From positions 1,056,001-1,120,000 of the forward strand of contig CAXWPJ010000009.1 in the NCBI GenBank assembly GCA_963664115.2: 64,000 bases of DNA. The letters are read 5' to 3'. The position numbers and the translations under genes are program-made. The first letter of the stretch is position 1. Each line of letters opens with the position of its first letter. Of the stretch, positions 31,024 through 41,510 are shown piece by piece. The stretch comes from Terriglobia bacterium. Its GTDB lineage: Bacteria > Acidobacteriota > Terriglobia > 20CM-2-55-15. The notes under the pieces are model-generated. The model was not told the DNA's origin, searched no databases, and saw only the letters and a list, made by a program, of their open reading frames with translations.

Positions 31024-31099
31024 AATAATTTCGCCTCCCCGCATGAGCTTCGCTCGAACCACCGCCGCGGACTATTGCCGGGTAAGCGACGGACCGGCA
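31024..31099 (-). pseudogene. Decayed C-terminal remnant of a 2Fe-2S subunit
   Basis: Reads CRSVAYPAIVR, then after a frameshift AVVRAKLMRGGE, against CRCAAYPAIIRTVVDAGKVMRGE in 26951-27568. Confidence 0.65.
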
Positions 31100-31215
31100 T
31101 GGCGGGATTCTCATGGAGCGACCTGACCGGCTCCGCTCACTGCACCGGATGATGACATCAGGGAGATCGGCTGATCTCCCTGCCCTTGGATCGGGTTCTA
31201 AGGCGCCCTCGGAGT

Positions 31216-32070
31216 TTACTGCTGCGACGACACGGGTATGTGGATCAGTTCGTCGAACAGCTTCTCATCCGACGGCACGCAGAAATACTCCCAGAGTTCG
31301 GCACTCGGAACCATTTTGATCGTACCTGAGGTTACGAACGGTTCCGTATACATCTTCGGATCATTGATCGTTAACTCGGCCTCAAGCGTGCCGTAATCCA
31401 CCCTCCGGTAGCGCTCCTCGAGGCGCATCTCGCCGCTGGCCCACGCCCTTTCGTCAAAACCGTTGGATTCGATGACGAACGTGTCGTCTTCCCAGTGGCC
31501 CACGTTCCAGCCCAGCCAGTGCAACATGGGGGGCTCTTCAGGAAGTTCCCGCCCGTCCGTCCAGATCGTGCGCCAGGTGTGGCCCCACTCAAAGAACTGC
31601 AGCACCCTGTCAGGTAGCATGACGAACTCGAAACCATAGTTGTATGAGAACAGGCGTGGATACGCCAGGGGGTCGCACGTCCGCAATTCCGGAGTGTTCC
31701 TCGATTCCGGCCGCAGTCCGCCCCGGGCGTCCAGCCACTCTTGTCCCCACTCCGTCAGCGGGGGTGAGTTCCTGAAAGCCCGGCCCACGCCGTCAAAGCC
31801 CCAGACACCGGAAAGATCCTGTGGGTCGAAGTCACGGCCTTCAATCCCATACTCTTCCCAACCGTCCAGCCTGTCCTGGTTGTTCTGGCATCGGGGACAT
31901 TGCTTCCAGCCATCCGGTGGAGGAATCGACGGCTGCACGGCCGTATGATCGACTCGGCTCTCCAGCTGTTCTGCCGTTTCCTGGCTCTCGGCTGGTGCTG
32001 GCAACATCACTATTACCGCGACAGCAAAGATCAGGACAATGATTTGTTTGCGCATTGATCGTAGCTCCAT
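31216..32070 (-). CDS. Secreted hypothetical protein, DUF6152-partner family, with N-terminal CPRC
   Basis: Signal peptide; DLSGVW, CDPLAYP, RTIWTDGR, GHWEDDTFV, EERYRR and EYFC motifs. Confidence 0.75.
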   Translation of the reverse strand: MELRSMRKQIIVLIFAVAVIVMLPAPAESQETAEQLESRVDHTAVQPSIPPPDGWKQCPRCQNNQDRLDGWEEYGIEGRDFDPQDLSGVWGFDGVGRAFRNSPPLTEWGQEWLDARGGLRPESRNTPELRTCDPLAYPRLFSYNYGFEFVMLPDRVLQFFEWGHTWRTIWTDGRELPEEPPMLHWLGWNVGHWEDDTFVIESNGFDERAWASGEMRLEERYRRVDYGTLEAELTINDPKMYTEPFVTSGTIKMVPSAELWEYFCVPSDEKLFDELIHIPVSSQQ

Positions 32071-32154
32071 AAGCTCAATAATTAGCGTGAGGTTTGAGTG
32101 CGATCTCGCCCCTCACATGGGTTCGCGTGTCCAACGGGGTGTTGGGGGTCGAAA

Positions 32155-32571
32155 CTAGGGAGCACGGACACCGCCGCGTCGTGCCGATAAATCCACCGAG
32201 ACGCTGCCGTCCACAGTCTCGATCTTTATGACCAGGCCGTGGGGCGTCCCGCTCGCCGCGGGCAGAGTGGTCACCAGGACTTCATCACCGGGCTTGAAAG
32301 CACTACGACTCATACCCTCGCTCATCATCGTTTGCGCGGAAGAAAACTCGCCCATCCACCGGACGACATCACCGCTGTCGCCGGTCACATCGTAAACGAC
32401 AAAAACGTGTGGATTTCTCCACATCACCTCCGCGACGACGCCTTGAATCGTCACGATTGAGTCGTCCGAGCCATAGCCTGAGCGTCCATGGTGCGCCAGA
32501 ACCGTGGTGCTCAACGATGAGCACACCACCAACGTACACGCCGTCAGTGCCAGTCTTCTAAGAGACTTCAT
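32155..32571 (-). CDS. DUF6152 family protein
   Basis: Signal peptide ending AHHG; GVV...W-x-NPH and W-x-x-E motifs. Confidence 0.75.
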   Translation of the reverse strand: MKSLRRLALTACTLVVCSSLSTTVLAHHGRSGYGSDDSIVTIQGVVAEVMWRNPHVFVVYDVTGDSGDVVRWMGEFSSAQTMMSEGMSRSAFKPGDEVLVTTLPAASGTPHGLVIKIETVDGSVSVDLSARRGGVRAP

Positions 32572-32967
32572 GCGTTACCTCCAAAATGTCTGTATCGAAC
32601 CGCGCCGATTGCGGTTTCTCACTTAACTACTAAACTATTTATTCACTTATCGTTCGGCATGCTGTTAGCGAATCGAGGATCAGATAGCGCCACTATACCC
32701 CACGGCAAGAGGCGATGTAAAAAGTTTTCACGACCCTTCAGGGGAGCGTTAAAGTGAATGATTTTCTAGACCTGATGCGCTCTTCACAGATTGGCAATCG
32801 GCATTTAGGCGCTTCAATCCATGTAATTCCATGTGGAAGGCGGGCACGAGACGGACTCGATTGTTACACCACCGGGCACGAACGCTTTAATCGGCCCGAA
32901 TAAGCCCAAAGAAAAACCCCGATCGCGCCTGCAATCGGGGTTTCTCGAGTGTCTTAACTTCCACGCG

Positions 32968-33828
32968 TTATTCGTTGACGATACCGCCGGCCGGGTCGCG
33001 GACATTTTCATTAAAATAGAGCTCATCCATTGGCGCGCAGAATATTTCTCGGAGTTCGTGTGCCTGCCGTTCCCAGACTTTCGTCGTACTGACCCATGGA
33101 CGCGTATACGAGGTGGGATCTTCGACACGGTAGACGGATTCGAGCGTATCCCGCCCCACACGCCGCCAGCGCTCCTCGAGGTGCATATCAGTGCTGTAAA
33201 CGTTGCCATACTGATCGAGCCAGGCCCTGTCATCGAAACCGGTCGTTTCGATCACGAGCGTGTCATCCTCCCAACGACCTACCGAATATCCGTTCCACCG
33301 GGGTTCGGGATTTATTGGAAGCGCCCTTCCGTCCATCCAGATGTTGCGTGTACTGCCCTGGCTTTGGAAAGTCATCAGCATCCGGTCGCCGGAGGCAGTG
33401 TGGATGAACTCAGAGGGGTTCGTGTACATGAAGAGGCGTAACAGTCCCTTCGGGTTGCACCCCATGATGGGATCGTTTCCGAACGCAGGTTCGACAGCCT
33501 CCTTACCGTCGTGCGGGCGGCCGGTCATTCGGCTGAGGTAGACTTCTTGAGCCCGGGGGGTCCTGGGAGGGATTTCCGACTCTACGGTCAAACTGCGGAA
33601 GCCGTTCGTGCCCCGGTGATTGGTCACCCAGACGCCGGAAAAGTCCTGTGCGTCAAACGGTTCGTTGGGATCGAGTGGCGGCAGTTCAGGCCGGGGACCC
33701 TCCGCCTGATAACCCCAATTCGAAATTTTTGCCCCTGATGGCTGCTCACCTTGAGCGAAGGTCATCGACGCGAACACCAGCAACGCCACCACAACAACTA
33801 CTGACTGAAAAATAGAACGATGTCGCAT
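32968..33828 (-). CDS. Secreted hypothetical protein, DUF6152-partner family
   Basis: DFSGVW, CNPKG, RNIWMDGR, GYSVGRWEDDTLV, HLEERW and EIFC motifs. Confidence 0.75.
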   Translation of the reverse strand: MRHRSIFQSVVVVVALLVFASMTFAQGEQPSGAKISNWGYQAEGPRPELPPLDPNEPFDAQDFSGVWVTNHRGTNGFRSLTVESEIPPRTPRAQEVYLSRMTGRPHDGKEAVEPAFGNDPIMGCNPKGLLRLFMYTNPSEFIHTASGDRMLMTFQSQGSTRNIWMDGRALPINPEPRWNGYSVGRWEDDTLVIETTGFDDRAWLDQYGNVYSTDMHLEERWRRVGRDTLESVYRVEDPTSYTRPWVSTTKVWERQAHELREIFCAPMDELYFNENVRDPAGGIVNE

Positions 33829-33935
33829 TTGAAAAACTCCTTAGTCTTCGCTTCCTTCCGTTGGGATTCTATTTGAAAATCCAGTGTCGTCAGCAAGCAG
33901 GGTGTTGGACAGAACCATCGTTGTGGGTGGTAAGT

Positions 33936-34349
33936 TTACCTCGTTCGATTCTCTCCGAATATTGCTTCGCCCTCTTCATTTACGATGCTCCGCAACAGCC
34001 CAACCGGCGTGCCGGCGCGGGAGGGGGACATCGTCACAGTAACTACGGTCCCTGGCATTAAGGCCTCCTCCGAGCGGCTCTTGTTCCAGCCTCTCAGGGC
34101 CAGGGTGTAGGGAGTTGGACCTGTTTCGAGTGTCCAATTCGTAACCTTACCCGACTCGCCCGTTACGTCAACAAAAATTGGAGGATGGGGATTGATATAC
34201 CTGAAACCCGTCACGACGCCCTCTACGGTAACCGTGACCGTCCTGTCGTAGGAAATATTGGTTCCGTGATGAGCCAGTGTTGGCACCGAGGCCACCACCA
34301 GACACACCATCAGCGAAACCAGCACCGACGCTTTCTTCCTGTCAAACAT
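33936..34349 (-). CDS. DUF6152 family protein
   Basis: AHHG after the signal peptide; INPH and WTLE motifs. Confidence 0.75.
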   Translation of the reverse strand: MFDRKKASVLVSLMVCLVVASVPTLAHHGTNISYDRTVTVTVEGVVTGFRYINPHPPIFVDVTGESGKVTNWTLETGPTPYTLALRGWNKSRSEEALMPGTVVTVTMSPSRAGTPVGLLRSIVNEEGEAIFGENRTR

Positions 34350-34653
34350 TTCGATTAAAACTCAGTCTGAAGCGAACGACTTCTATAAATCTCAAGTAAC
34401 AGCTCTTGCCTCTTTCGCCTGTCACCACACTATGTCTGGCTCCGGAATCTGTCAAGGCTGAAGCCGGTTCCGGGTTGTGGGATTTCCACCACCGGCAGAA
34501 ATCAATACCCGGTTGGAGACAAACTGTTAAAGGCGCGTTCTTTCATGACTTGGGAATCGGACACGGCAGGTTGATCGATCCACGCGGTACTAGCACAGGT
34601 TCGACCTGTGGGCCTTCAGTTGACAGTACCTGCAAGATCCCTCTAAGCCAAAG

Positions 34654-35742
34654 TTAGCGAGCTGCCCTCCACGCCAACTGTGCATCCAGACATTCACCAA
34701 CAACAGTCAGGTAGCGGTCGATGGCATTCGTATTTACATAAGGATGAGGATCACCAGGCCTTCGCAGTCCCAATGCGCGGGCCTTCTCCGCTTCTTGATC
34801 GTACAGCGAACGGACCGACAAAAAGACATCCACATTGGCCTGCGCTCTAATGTCCCGCAAACGATTGACCGATCCTCTATAGGTTCTCAAGGCTTCCTCG
34901 TCACTTGAAAAATATACAACTCCCTGCTCCACGGAGTCCCAATCCCGACCCCCAATCAAGACGCCGACATGCTGCTGACTTCCTTCCCTGAGGGGAACCA
35001 GAGTGGAAAGCGTGCCTGGAGAGTTCCCCGGCGTTACATAGAGTGTCAGCGTCGTATCACCGAGCGTCAGTGTCTGACCATCCGTCACCACAAGGTCTTT
35101 CCTGGGTTTGAGCCGCTCGGGAACTTCTGGCGTCGCCTCCACAACATTCCAATCGGCTTCCGACAGCATGATTTGCGAACCGTAACGGTCCTGAAAAAAT
35201 TTGGCCGCCCCATAATGCCGCACATCTGGTGTGTGTATGATGATGTACTTGACGTTCGCCGGATCGAGACCCATTTTCTCCAGTCCTTCGACAACTGCTT
35301 CGGCAGCGTAGTCCCTTCCCGAATTGAGCAGAATGATTCCCTCAGACGTCGTGATCGCCCAGACATAAAAGCTGGTACCGACGTTGAACAGGTTGTCGAA
35401 GACCTTCACCGGCTCGACATACCATTCCGATCGCTCCGGTACCGGTTGGGCCACACTGTTGGCGGGCCTCGCCGCTCTCGGTGGCCCCGGCTCAGGCGGC
35501 TCCCACTCCTCACAAAGCAGTTCGAAGGTGGGTGTCAAATCGTAGAGTCCCGGTTCGGACGCCGCGGCTCTCGCTGCCTCCACATGGGCCTGAGCCTGAC
35601 TGTCTTGCCCAATCGCCTCAATTGCGATCCAGCCGGCCAATAGAGGAATGCAACAGAATAGGCAAATCAAATAGCGTCTCATACCCTCTCTCCCTGGCCG
35701 GTCCGCCAGTCTGTTCGCGAATTGATCGAATGTCGTTTTCAT
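34654..35742 (-). CDS. Secreted subclass-B3-like metallo-beta-lactamase fold protein with substituted metal ligands
   Basis: PVKVFDNL, TTSEGIILL, GLDPANVKYIII and LTLGDTTL..Y.TPG segments; HTPDVRH instead of HxHxDH. Confidence 0.75.
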   Translation of the reverse strand: MKTTFDQFANRLADRPGREGMRRYLICLFCCIPLLAGWIAIEAIGQDSQAQAHVEAARAAASEPGLYDLTPTFELLCEEWEPPEPGPPRAARPANSVAQPVPERSEWYVEPVKVFDNLFNVGTSFYVWAITTSEGIILLNSGRDYAAEAVVEGLEKMGLDPANVKYIIIHTPDVRHYGAAKFFQDRYGSQIMLSEADWNVVEATPEVPERLKPRKDLVVTDGQTLTLGDTTLTLYVTPGNSPGTLSTLVPLREGSQQHVGVLIGGRDWDSVEQGVVYFSSDEEALRTYRGSVNRLRDIRAQANVDVFLSVRSLYDQEAEKARALGLRRPGDPHPYVNTNAIDRYLTVVGECLDAQLAWRAAR

Positions 35743-36719
35743 TGTGTTCCCCTAACTGTCTCGATGTCCCAACGCAGGAAACGAGGAATTTCAGGCAACG
35801 CTGCGGTCCCCATGGGTGTCAGTGGCCTTGTAGATATCTCCCATACCACGGGCACCCCTATGGTCAGCGCCCTGGTTTGGGCCGCGGTTTGTGCTTTCCG
35901 GGAGCGCCAAAAGTGCACGGTCTGTTCTTACAGAAATACTCGGTAAAGAATATTAAAGGAATAAGTTAGAAGCTACAAAATATTAAGAGTCTGTAATTGT
36001 TCAATGATTATGTCACCCGCTAACTGTTCAGTAGGCGTGCAACCCTGCGGGGTTATGGAGACAGCGATCAGGCGGGGCGATCTGGCGTCGTGAGGAGATC
36101 CTGATAGAGATTTGATGACAGAGGAGGCGAATCAATCGGGACCGCCGAGCTCCTCGCGATATTTGAAATCACGATTCACCCAGCGACCCCGCGGCATGAG
36201 TGGTGCCGTCCACATACGTATATCACCGGGAAACCAAAGTGGCCATATTTTTCGGGCGGACAGGTGTCGATTAATTTCGGGAGAATGAGCTTTCGCCCTG
36301 TCCGCTTTGCCTTGTTCACCCTCAGATCCAGGAATATGATTCCGGTGGGCGCGCCTCCAACTTCTTCCGAAGATTGGCGCAGTCCGATGCCTGGCTGACC
36401 CTCTCGGTTTGTCCGGTTGGTTGGCCGGGCCTGTTCAGTGGCTTGGTTTACATGGCCCGGCGAAGCCCGGAGTGGTCACCGTCGGATTCTGACGGTTGGT
36501 TACGGCCAGGATAGTACTTGAGTATCAGTGCGTCCCGTCTTGCTTTGGATTCGGCAGAACCGCAGATCTCGAAGCTATAGCCGACCGGTTCGTCCGGCCA
36601 ATTGTACAGCCTGAAGACTTCCGCCTCCATCGGGACGTTCCTAAGCAATTTTCTCCTGAACCTGAAACCATGCGATGGGGACCGTCTTCAGGCAACGTTG
36701 ACGCAACCGGGCCGGGTGT

Positions 36720-36974
36720 CAGCGACCTCGATCATGCGATCGAGCAATGGGTTGAACACTACAACCACCATCGGTATCACGAATCTCTTAACAACGTGAC
36801 ACCGGCAGACGTGTTCTTTGGGAGGTATCAGCAGGTCCTTTCACGTCGTGACCAGATCAAACGAACGACGCTGGCTCAACGCAGGATCGAGAACCTTAGG
36901 ACTGGAGTGGTATAACTTGAAAACCGTCTCTGAGCAAAATGGCCCTTGTGTCCGAATTATTCTGACGACGTACA
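36720..36974 (+). mobile_element. IS3-like transposase C-terminal remnant plus right end
   Basis: HYNHHRYHESLNNVTPADVFFGR...IKRTTLAQRR; terminal sequence TGTCCGAATTATTCTGACGACGTACA. Confidence 0.8.
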
Positions 36975-37017
36975 GTTGTTTAGCGGATTCTGTACGAAAT
37001 GCTCTGACGGGCTACAG
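36974..37017 (-). mobile_element. Isolated IS left-end copy
   Basis: 41/44 nt identical to 42556-42599. Confidence 0.7.
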
Positions 37018-37026
37018 AGGCAAACG

Positions 37027-38463
37027 ATGGGCAAGACGATGATGACAGTTGATACCACTGGAACTGGTTTGAAATCGAGAGCTGATGTCCTGGCCATCAT
37101 GGGGGCCTCGCTCCTGATGGCCGTCGTACTCCTGCTGCCGACACCGCAGGCGCTTCCCGCAGAAGGCCAGCGGATGGCCGCGCTTTTTGTGGCGGTCCTG
37201 GTTCTCTGGACCACTGAAGCCTTGCCAATCGCGGTGACGGCGATCCTTGCGCTTGTCCTTCAACCCGTCTTGGGTCTGAGCCCTTTGGGCGTGGCATTCG
37301 CGAACTTCGTCAGCCCGGTATTCTTTTTCGTGATCGCGATGTTCATAATCGCATTTGCGTGGACGAAGTCGGGATTGGCTCAACGATTCGCACTTTGGAT
37401 GATCTCGAGAGCGGGCACCGACGCAAATCGAGTAGTCTACGCCTTTCTCATCGCTACCGGCCTGGTGTCCATGGTCGTCTCCGATGTCCCTACCGCCGCA
37501 ATTTTCATGACGATTGCCTTGGGCATCTTCAAGAAGCTCAAGCTGCAGCCCGGACGCTCGCAATTCGCTAAAGCATTGATGATCGGTATTCCAATCGCCG
37601 CCTTGGTGGGGGGAGTGGGCACCCCTGCCGGAGCCTCGACCAATTTACTGGGCCTTTTCATGATCGAACAAAATGGCGGCCCTCGAATAACGTTTCTGCA
37701 ATGGATGGTGATCGGCATTCCGATGGTCATCATTTTGTTGCCTTTCACGGCATGGGTGTTAACGAAGTTTTTTCCTCCGGAGTTCAAGACGATTGGAGAC
37801 TTGGAAGACATTCACAAAGAGCGGAGACATTTGGGATTGATCAGTCCCGATGAATGGAAGGTGATCGGGATCATGGGGACCATGATTACCTTGTGGATAC
37901 TGAGCACCTGGATCCCAGCGTTTGACACGGTTCTTGTCGGCATGTGCGGAGCCTGCGCGATGTTTCTGCCGGGTATCAATCTCTTCACTTGGAACGAAGT
38001 TCAGAAAGCTACGGGTTGGGACACACTGCTGATGATCGGCGGGGTGACTTCATTGGGTGCCGCCTCCGCTCAAACTGGCCTGGCGCAATGGCTGGTGGAT
38101 TCCTCGCTCGGGGGCCTTCAGGATTGGAACACCGTTTGGATCATCGCCCTGATCAGCACATTCACCGTGGTCATACATCTGATGTTACCGATCAATCCGG
38201 TTATCAATGCCGTATTGATCCCTCCCATCATGGTACTGGCGTCAGTCGCAGGCCAGAACCCAGCGCTGTATGCACTACCCGTTGCTTTCATGGCTTCGTG
38301 TTCCTTCCTCTTGCCGCTGGATGCAGTCCCTTTGGTGACCTATGCGAAAGGCTATTTCAAGATGTTCGATATGTTTCGGCCGGGCGTTGTCATCAGTGTC
38401 GTGTGGGCCATCCTCATGACAGTTTCGGTGATGATCTTCGGGCCAATGCTGGGTCTGATATAA
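37027..38463 (+). CDS. DASS/SLC13 family di/tricarboxylate transporter
   Basis: LWTTEALPIAVT, GGVGTPAGASTN, ITFLQWM, WDTLLMIGG and ASCSFLLP motifs; GAGG RBS before ATG 37027. Confidence 0.88.
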   Translation: MGKTMMTVDTTGTGLKSRADVLAIMGASLLMAVVLLLPTPQALPAEGQRMAALFVAVLVLWTTEALPIAVTAILALVLQPVLGLSPLGVAFANFVSPVFFFVIAMFIIAFAWTKSGLAQRFALWMISRAGTDANRVVYAFLIATGLVSMVVSDVPTAAIFMTIALGIFKKLKLQPGRSQFAKALMIGIPIAALVGGVGTPAGASTNLLGLFMIEQNGGPRITFLQWMVIGIPMVIILLPFTAWVLTKFFPPEFKTIGDLEDIHKERRHLGLISPDEWKVIGIMGTMITLWILSTWIPAFDTVLVGMCGACAMFLPGINLFTWNEVQKATGWDTLLMIGGVTSLGAASAQTGLAQWLVDSSLGGLQDWNTVWIIALISTFTVVIHLMLPINPVINAVLIPPIMVLASVAGQNPALYALPVAFMASCSFLLPLDAVPLVTYAKGYFKMFDMFRPGVVISVVWAILMTVSVMIFGPMLGLI

Positions 38464-38501
38464 GAAGTTACTGGAAGTTGAGGACTGAGGAGCTTTTGAC
38501 A

Positions 38502-38876
38502 ATGAGTAAACCGGAAGACTACAAGAAGCGATACGAAGAAATGATTGGCTTCGTTCCGCCGAAAATCGGCAAGCGTATCGAGGTGGCCTATGATATCGAT
38601 CCCGACACCCTTGAGCTGATAGAGAATTGGCGCATGAACGCATTGACGCCCGAGGCACTTGATGCAAAGACGGTTCAACTGATTTGTGTGGCTATCCTCC
38701 TGGTACAGAAATCCGCTGCGACAAAGAACCATGCGTTCGCAGCCAAAAAGGCCGGGGCGACGCGCGAGGAATTGCATTCAGTTGCAGCAATCGCCAACCT
38801 GTTCGGCGGAATTGCCGCCTACAATCACGCGGGCGAAGTAATTGAGGCTGTCTTTGATGAAACAGAGACACCATAG
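38502..38876 (+). CDS. Carboxymuconolactone decarboxylase family protein
   Basis: ALDAKTVQLI...H..AAKKAGATREEL; GAGGAG RBS; no AhpD CxxC. Confidence 0.8.
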   Translation: MSKPEDYKKRYEEMIGFVPPKIGKRIEVAYDIDPDTLELIENWRMNALTPEALDAKTVQLICVAILLVQKSAATKNHAFAAKKAGATREELHSVAAIANLFGGIAAYNHAGEVIEAVFDETETP

Positions 38877-39075
38877 GTGATCCGCTGTCCGGACGGCTGG
38901 GGGATGCGGAACTCAATACCAGTACAACGTCGATGTTATCCGACGATTACCCTGACATGGATATTGCGGATGCCGACAAATCCAGTGTGCAATAGGTGCG
39001 AGGAAGGAACAGAGCGGAGCCAGCTTAGTTTGCTTGATCTGTTCACGACGTGAAAGGATGCGTGTGTCAGCCCCA

Positions 39076-40602
39076 CTAACCCAGCGTCGGCATGTCTAAA
39101 TTGGGTGTCGGGGTTTCCGTGTCCGTCCACCGCGTGGTAACGACCTTGGTGCGGGTGTAGAAGTGGACGCCCTCCATTCCGTAGGTGTGCGTGTCGCCGA
39201 AGAATGAATTCTTCCAGCCACCGAAAGAATAAAATGCCATCGGCACGGGGATCGCGATGTTGACCCCGACCATGCCGACTTGGATCTCGTTTTCGAAACG
39301 CCTGGCCGCCCCGCCTGAACCGGTAAAAATCGCAGTCCCGTTGCCATACGGATTCGCGTTGACCAGTTCGATTGCCTCTTCCAATGTGTTGACACGCAGT
39401 ATGAGAAGGATAGGCCCAAAAATCTCGTCTTTGTAGATCGTCATTTCCGGCGTCACATGGTCAAACAACGTGGGGCCAAGATAAAAGCCGGACTCGAGGC
39501 CCGCCACCTCGTGACGACGTCCGTCCTTGACTAAAGTGGCACGTTCCTGCTCACCAATGTCAATATAGCCCTTCACCCTGTCGTGGTGTGCCTTTGTAAC
39601 CAGTGGTCCCATATCGATGCCCACCTCATCGCCCGGTCCGACCTTGATCCCGTCGGCCTTGGTTTTGAGCAAGGACACCAGAGGGTCGGCGGCCGCACCC
39701 ACCGCCACCACCGCCGAGATCGCCATGCAGCGCTCGCCCGCCGAGCCATAAGCGGCCCCTATCAGTGCGTTGGCTGTGAATTCCAAGTCGGCGTCGGGCA
39801 GCACTACGGCGTGGTTCTTAGCCCCGCCGAGTGCCTGCACCCGCTTACCGTTCTTGGCGGAAGTCTCATAGATGTGCTTGGCAATAGGCGTCGAGCCTAC
39901 GAAAGACACGGCGTCGACTCCGGGATGGTTTAGTATGGCGTCCACCGCCTCCTTGTCGCCGTGCACAACATTGAACACGCCGTCGGGAAGCCCCGCCTCC
40001 TTGAACAAGTCGGCAATCTTCATCGAAACCGAGGGGTCTTTCTCTGAAGGCTTCAGGATAAATGTGTTGCCGCAGGCAATCGCCATTGGGAACATCCATA
40101 AAGGAACCATCACCGGAAAATTGAATGGAGTGATGCCGGCACACACACCGACCGACTGGCGCAGAGTGTGACAATCCACACCGGTGCCAACCTTCTCGGA
40201 ATACTCGCCTTTCAGCAGATGTGGAATCCCACAGGCAAACTCCACTACTTCGATTCCGCGCGCCACGCTGCCCATGGCGTCGGGCAAGGTCTTTCCATGC
40301 TCTTCTGTTACCAGACCAGCCAGTTCCCCTTGATGGGCCTGCAGCAGTGAGAGGAAACGTTGCATGGTTCGCCCTCGTTTAAGCAGCGAGGTGTCCCGCC
40401 ATGCAGGAAACGCGGCTTGGGCGGCCTTGACGGCTGCATCCACGTCGGCGGCGTTGCTCATCGGAACGAGGCGAATCACTGTCCCGTTCGCCGGATTCGT
40501 GATTTCCCCCCTACGGGTGCTTTCCCCGGCCACCGGCTTGCCTGCAATCCACAACCGAATTGTCTCTGTCGTCACGTGTTTGTTGGTAAGCGCACTCGTC
40601 AT
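39076..40602 (-). CDS. mmsA: CoA-acylating (methyl)malonate-semialdehyde dehydrogenase
   Basis: GITPFNFP, LKPSEKDP, RVQALGGAKNH, GSAGERCMA and GMVGVN.AIPVPMAFYSFGGWK motifs. Confidence 0.92.
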   Translation of the reverse strand: MTSALTNKHVTTETIRLWIAGKPVAGESTRRGEITNPANGTVIRLVPMSNAADVDAAVKAAQAAFPAWRDTSLLKRGRTMQRFLSLLQAHQGELAGLVTEEHGKTLPDAMGSVARGIEVVEFACGIPHLLKGEYSEKVGTGVDCHTLRQSVGVCAGITPFNFPVMVPLWMFPMAIACGNTFILKPSEKDPSVSMKIADLFKEAGLPDGVFNVVHGDKEAVDAILNHPGVDAVSFVGSTPIAKHIYETSAKNGKRVQALGGAKNHAVVLPDADLEFTANALIGAAYGSAGERCMAISAVVAVGAAADPLVSLLKTKADGIKVGPGDEVGIDMGPLVTKAHHDRVKGYIDIGEQERATLVKDGRRHEVAGLESGFYLGPTLFDHVTPEMTIYKDEIFGPILLILRVNTLEEAIELVNANPYGNGTAIFTGSGGAARRFENEIQVGMVGVNIAIPVPMAFYSFGGWKNSFFGDTHTYGMEGVHFYTRTKVVTTRWTDTETPTPNLDMPTLG

Positions 40603-40683
40603 GATTGCTCCTCACCTGTACGGACTGTGGTCGGCAAGGAAAGCGGCTCTTCCCTATCGATCACCACTCCCGAGGCAGTCGAA

Positions 40684-41451
40684 TCACAAAGCCTTGAACT
40701 TGGTAGCCAGATTCTGGGTCTCACGCGCCAGAATGGCGGTATCTAAGCCAACCGCGACAAACTGGCAGCCCAGCTCAAGCCAGTGCCTGGCATCGGCCTC
40801 GACCCCCGTCAGAATGCCGGACGCTTTCCCAGCCTTGCGGATGCGCCGGATCGCGTCGTCAATGACAGGCTTCACCTTGGGATTGGCAGTTTCGCCACGA
40901 TACCCCAAAGAGGCGTGCAAATCGGCCGGGCCGATGAATACCCCATCGACACCGTCCACGGCGGTAATTTCGTCCAGGTTGTCGATGCCGGACTGCGTCT
41001 CGATCTGCACCAGCACACAAAGCTCCTCATGGGCGCGCTTGTGGTAATCTTTGACGCGACCGAAACGGTTCGCACGCACCGACCCCGCGATACCCCGCAC
41101 CCCCTCAGGCGGATAGCGTGTAAAGGCCACCGCGTTCCGCGCCTCCTCCGCACTCTGCACATAGGGTATCAGCAAGCTCTGAGCACCGATATCCAGGAAG
41201 CGCTTGATCATGACCATGTCGTTCCAAGGAACGCGGACGACAGGATGGGTGGGGTAGGGCGCGATGGCCTGCAACTGCGTAAAGACCATGTCGAGTTCGT
41301 TGGGTGAGTGTTCGGTGTCGAACAGCAGCCAATCGAATCCCGAACCCGCCAACAATTCGACTGAATAGTGGCTGGCAAGACTGGACCACAGGCCGATTTG
41401 GCGTTCTCCTTCCTGGAGGGCGCGTTTGAACGTGTTGACGGGAAGATCCAC
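40684..41451 (-). CDS. hpaI: 4-hydroxy-2-oxoheptanedioate aldolase (HpcH/HpaI family)
   Basis: GFDWLLFDTEHSP, RYPPEGVRG, VQIET and DGVFIGPADL motifs. Confidence 0.88.
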   Translation of the reverse strand: MDLPVNTFKRALQEGERQIGLWSSLASHYSVELLAGSGFDWLLFDTEHSPNELDMVFTQLQAIAPYPTHPVVRVPWNDMVMIKRFLDIGAQSLLIPYVQSAEEARNAVAFTRYPPEGVRGIAGSVRANRFGRVKDYHKRAHEELCVLVQIETQSGIDNLDEITAVDGVDGVFIGPADLHASLGYRGETANPKVKPVIDDAIRRIRKAGKASGILTGVEADARHWLELGCQFVAVGLDTAILARETQNLATKFKAL

Positions 41452-41510
41452 TATTTCTCGCTCCTTAGATAACGACTTCGTGCCCCACCGAAGGTGAGCT
41501 CGGGTAATTC

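Noticed and set aside
36946-37026. N-terminal extension of the DASS transporter
   Set aside because: It is made of IS-end sequence; ATG 37027 has a proper RBS.
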